Assembly: GCF_004010195.1 (NCBI RefSeq)
Contig: NC_057720.1
Location: 29,610,125 to 29,664,546, forward strand
Source of the DNA: Chiloscyllium plagiosum
Lineage: Eukaryota
Direction of reading: 5' to 3'
DNA: 54,422 bases
Positions 50,151 to 54,422 of the stretch are shown here, piece after piece (position 1 is the stretch's first letter; the number at the start of each line of letters is the position of its first letter). Below the pieces are notes generated by a model. It saw nothing but the letters and a program-made list of their open reading frames with translations. It made no database searches and was not told where the DNA came from. The translations under genes and the position numbers were made by a program.

Positions 50151-51025
50151 ATAGAATCAGAGTCATAACGACGTACAGCGAGGAAACAGACCCTCCGGTT
50201 GACCTTGTCCATATTGAACAGATATCCTAACTTAATCTAGTCTCATTTGCCAACACTTGACTCATATCCTCTAAACTCTTCCTATTCATATATCTATCCA
50301 AATGTCTTTTAACTGTTGTAATTGTACCAGCCTCCACCACTTTTTCTGGCAGCTCATTCCGTACACACACCATCTTCTGCATGAAAAAGTTGCCCCTTAG
50401 GTCCCTTTAAAATCTTTTCCCTCTCACCCTAAACCTCTGCCCTTTTGTTCTGGACATCCTCAGCTTGGGGAACAGATTTTGGATATTCACCCTCTTCATG
50501 TCCCTCATGATTTTCTAAACCTCTATTTGGTCACCCCTCAACCTCCAACGCTCCAGGGAAAATAGCCCCTGTCTATTCAGCCTCTCTCTATAGCTCAAAA
50601 CCTCCAACGCTGTGCAAAATCCTTGTAAATGTTTTCTGAACCTTTTCAAGTTTCACAACATCCTTCCAATAGGAGGGAGACATGCGAAGTTGTTGGCGGT
50701 TAAGATCAAGGAAAACCCTAAGGCTTTCTATAGGTATATCAGGAATAAAAGAATGACTACAGTAAGATTACAGCCAATCAGAGATAGTGGTGGGATGTTG
50801 TGTGTTGAATCTGAGGACATAAGGGAAATGCTTAATGAATACCTTTTGTCAGTGTTCACATTAGAAAAGGGCAATGTTAGTGAGAATATGGAGATACAGG
50901 CTACTAGATTAGATGGGACTGTGGTTGGAAAAGAGGAGTTTTAGCAATTTTGGAAGATCTGAAAATAGATCAGACCCCTGGGCTGGATGGGTTTATCCTT
51001 GGATTCTCTGGGAAGCCAGGGAGGA

Positions 51026-51085
51026 GATTGCAGAGCCTTTGGCTTTGATCTTTATGATTGCAGAGCCTTTGGCTTTGATCTTTAT
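51026..51085 (+). repeat. Perfect 30-bp in-frame tandem duplication
   Basis: gattgcagagcctttggctttgatctttat twice (IAEPLALIFM twice). Confidence 0.95.
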
Positions 51086-52108
51086 GTCATCATTGTCGAC
51101 AGGAGTAGTGCCAGAAGATTGGAGGACAGCAAATGTTGTTCCCTTGTTTAAGAAGGGGAGTCAGGTAAACCCTGGTAATTATAGGCCAGTGAGCCTTACT
51201 TCGGTTGTGGGTAAGATGTTGGAAAAGGTTACAAGAGATAGAATTTATAATCATCTGAAAGGAATAATTTGATTAGGGATAGTCAGCATGGTTTTGTGAA
51301 TGGTAGGTCATGCCTCACTAACCTTATTGAGTTCTTCAAGAAGGTGACAAAACAGGTGGATGAAGGTAAAGCGGTTGGTGTGGTATATATGGATTTCAGT
51401 AAGGCATTTGATAAGGTTCCACACAGTAGGTTATTGCACAAAATATGGAGTTAAGGGATTGAAGGTGATTTTGTGGTTTGGATCAGAAATCAGCTAGCTG
51501 AAAGAAGACAGAGGGTGGTGGTAGATGGGAAATGTTCATCCTGGAGCTCAGCGACCAGTGGTGTGCTGCAAGGATCTGTTTTGGGGCCACTGCTGTTTGT
51601 CATTTTTATAAATGATCTGGAGGTGGGAGTAGAGGGATGGGTTAGTAAATTTAGGGATGACACTAAGGTAGGCAAAGTTGTGGATAGTGCCAAAGGATGT
51701 TGTGGGTTACAGAGGGACATAAATAAGATGCAGAGCTGGGCTGAGAAGTGGCTAATGGAGTTTAATGCAGAAAAGTGTAAGGTAGTTCACTTCAGAAGAA
51801 GTAACAGGAATGCAGAGCACTGGGCTAATAGTAAGATTCTTGGCAGTGTAGATGAACAGAGAGATCTCGGTGTCCAGGTGCATCAATCCCTGAAAGTTAC
51901 CACCCAGGTTGATAGGGTTGTTAAGAAGGCGTATGGTATTGGCATTTATTTGTAGGGGGATTGAGTTTCAAAGCCAAGACGTCATGCTTCAGCTGTACAA
52001 GACACTGGTATGGCCACATCTGGAGTATTGAATGCAGTTCTGATCATCACATTATAGGAAGGATGCGGAAGCCTTGGAAAGGGTTCAGAGGAGATTTACT
52101 GGATGTTG

Positions 52109-52329
52109 GTTGAAACTTTATTGCTGGAACAGCACAGCAGGTCAGGCAGCATCCAGGGAACAGGAGATTCGACGTTTCGGGCACAGGCCCTTCTTCAGGA
52201 ATCTTCTTCGGCCTGTGCCCGAAACGTCGAATCTCCTGTTCCCTGGATGCTGCCTGACCTGCTGTGCTGTTCCAGCAATAAAGTTTCAACTTTGATCTCC
52301 AGCATCTGCAGACCTCACTTTCTCCTCGA
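52109..52329. mobile_element. Young PLE family A fold-back mini-insert, perfect 81-bp arms, 17-bp TSD
   Basis: Arms 52109-52189 and 52210-52290 are exact reverse complements; TSD agatttactggatgttg at 52092-52108 and 52330-52346. Confidence 0.93.
52165..52204 (-). ncRNA. Minimal type-I hammerhead ribozyme, intact
   Basis: agattc CTGAAGA a GGGC ctgt GCCC GAAAC GTC gaatct: 6-bp stem I, 4-bp stem II, full core, GUC site. Confidence 0.85.
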
Positions 52330-53378
52330 AGATTTACTGGATGTTGCCTGGTCTGGAAGGAAGGTCTTACGAGGAAAGGCTGAGGAAACTGAGGCTGTTT
52401 TCATTGGAGAGAAGAAGGTTGAGAGGTGATTTATTCGAGACGTATAAGTTAATCAGAGGGTTAGATAGGGTGGACAGTGAGAGCCTTTTTCCTCAGATGG
52501 TGAAGGCTAACATGAGGGGACATAACTTTAAATTGAGGGGTGATAGATTTAGGACAGATATCAGGGGTAGTTTCTTTACTCAGAAAGCAGTAGGGGCGTG
52601 GAATGGCCTGCCTGCAACAGTAGTAGACTTGCCGATGTTAAGGGCATTTAAATGGGCTTTGGAGATACACATGGATAATAATGGAACGGTGTAGGTTAGA
52701 TGGGCATCAAATTAATTTCACAGGTCAGCGCAACATCGAGGGCTGAAGGGCCTGTACTGCATTGTGATGTTCTTTGTTCTATGTTCTATGAGACTGGAAT
52801 TGCACACAATATTCCAAAAGTGGCCTAACCAATGTCCTGTACAGCCACAACATGACCTCTCAATTTCTAAACTCAATGCTCTCCACCTCATTATCCATTC
52901 ATAAACAGTCCAGCAGAATGTATGGTGCATATTATCAAATCAATAATCATCAATTATTTGGAAACAAATCAAGATTTTTGCATTGTTTTGCTACATTTTA
53001 GTGCAAACCCACGAAGAAGAGAATTTTAATCAATAGCACATCTTACACTCAGAAGCAAGTGCAAATGACCTTGCCCAGCAACCAAGTGTTGAATCATATC
53101 AGGACAAAGGGCATGCAACTTCAAAACCAAAACAAAATCATGCATCTTTTGTACTAGAGGGAATTGAGATGAGTATCATATCAGAAGGGTGGTGAAAGAG
53201 AGCAATGGAGCAGATAAGTACAGGGTTGAAGGGGGTTTGGGGGCCGTCAAAAGGTGTTGCAATTCCAGCAGTCCCAAGTAGTTCCCAGCAACATCATGGA
53301 AGGCACTAGAACTGACACCAGCCTTAATTATGATGGTCCCAATGGATAACTGGACTCAAGTAAATAATGGGCATTCAC

Positions 53379-53478
53379 GTTCTGAGGAAGGGTCACTCGA
53401 CCCAAAATGTTAACTCTGACTTCTCTCCAAAGATGTTGCCAGGTCTGTTGAACTTTTCCAGCAATTTCTATTTTTATC
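53379..53478 (+). mobile_element. PLE family C pLTR fragment starting at a CpG-decayed HHR
   Basis: gtt CTGAGGA a GGGTC actc GACCC AAAAT GTT aac. Confidence 0.75.
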
Positions 53479-54035
53479 TCTTACATAAATATAACCACTC
53501 CTGCCTGCCTGCTCATACCAACTGTACTAAGTCTTGGGTAGGGTGGTATCTGAGACAGTTAAGCTTTTAACAAGCTCATTTGACTTCATCAGTAAGTATG
53601 TAGAAGATCTGCTTGCTGAAGAAGTTAACATGGGGTGTTCCCCAACTGGAAACCATGGATGATCAGGAGATCCATTCCCGACTGAGGTCCAGGTCTGAGG
53701 TGTTCAAGTCGACCCTGACCTTTACAGGAAATCCAGGTATGACCTTCAAAAGCTAACAGAGACACCAAGTGACAAGACCAGACTAAGCTGAAGCCCCAGA
53801 CCGACCATACAAATACCTGTCATTGTGGTAAGTCTGACACAACATAATGGGCTACAAAGCAAAGTAAAATTGCTGACAGTAATAATCACTCTCCGGTGAG
53901 GTCAATGCAATTCTACACTTGCTTGAACAGAAGGTCAGTGAAATGCTATCACCTTCCCCAACAGCCTCAGGTGCAACTGTACCCATAGTCACCTTCACAG
54001 ATATCAATGGGTCTAAGTAAGGGTGAACCTATGGT

Positions 54036-54422
54036 AAGACGGAATCCCAGAAAATAAAACCCGACGGGACCAACACCCCACGATTCTACGGACTACCAAA
54101 AATCCATAAACCAGGAGGCCCCCTCAGACCTATAGTCTCACTACCCGGAACACCAACTTACAGACTGGCCAAAGAACTACACGCAAGACTGAAATACCTA
54201 GTAGAAAAGTCACAGCACTCCATCCACTCCACCCAGGAATTCCTAAAAATCATCAAAAACACCAAAATAGAGGAAGACGAAGCAATGATCTCATTCCAAC
54301 GTAACAGCACTGTTAACCTCCATCAACATTGACCTGGCAAGGGAAACACTTACCATACTTTTAGAAGAGACCATCACACACACACCAACCACCATCAATC
54401 ACCTTACCAATGAAAACATCAT
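54036..54422 (+). mobile_element. Penelope-like reverse transcriptase fragment, runs off the window end
   Basis: TPRFYGLPKIHKPGGPLRPIVSLPGTPTYRLAKEL..MISF(frameshift)NVTAL.TSI, the PLE RT N-terminal motifs. Confidence 0.92.

Larger units (their letters stand above)
50681..52790 (+). mobile_element. CR1 LINE, 5'-truncated (TGTTCTA tail family)
   Basis: ORFs 50612-52694 with PGNYRPVSLTSVVGK, DFSKAFDKV, SKFRDDTK; tail tgttctatgttctatg. Confidence 0.95.
50150..52880 (-). mobile_element. CR1 (HER1-type) 3' end split into 50150-50680 and ~52791-52880 by an opposite-strand CR1
   Basis: ..catccttccaataggagggagac resumes as gactggaattgcacacaatattcc; gagac on both sides of the insert. Confidence 0.85.

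Noticed and set aside
2697..52329. Palindromes as DNA-transposon MITEs or CRISPR-like repeats
   Set aside because: Ends and TSD lengths vary, arms are asymmetric and linked to GIY-YIG/PLE coding sequence; there is no repeat-spacer periodicity or cas gene.
52047..52429. Mirror-image ORFs on both strands (also at 37582-37878)
   Set aside because: A direct consequence of the DNA palindrome, not genes.
53500..54030. Possible Harbinger-like or other element remnant
   Set aside because: No convincing transposase motif found by eye.

Overview
Repeat-saturated vertebrate DNA (intergenic or intronic) with no intact protein-coding gene. The repeat mix (HE1-type V-SINEs, HER1/CR1 LINEs, a Deu-domain SINE) points to a cartilaginous fish, most likely a shark (inference). 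The window is a stack of nested, decayed retroelements: more than a dozen CR1 fragments, L2 and RTE LINE remnants, three Gypsy LTR-retrotransposon relics, several tRNA-derived SINEs, and two assembly gaps. The most notable signal is a set of about 14 Penelope-like element (PLE) fragments from three sequence families. Their pseudo-LTRs (pLTRs) carry minimal type-I hammerhead ribozyme (HHR) motifs (CUGANGA - stem II - GAAACGUH). Many are 80-660 bp inserts, often fold-back palindromes, flanked by 7-17 bp target-site duplications (TSDs), and several ends or turning points sit at the ribozyme. The youngest (52109-52329) has perfect 81-bp arms, a 17-bp TSD and an intact hammerhead core. HHRs in PLEs are established in other animals; whether these shark families and mini-inserts are catalogued cannot be checked here. 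Other points: a ~130-bp local segment copied into a CR1 3' end, a 2.4-kb purine-skewed stretch that may be a decayed exon, and two short enhancer-like islands. Element boundaries are approximate except where TSDs are given.
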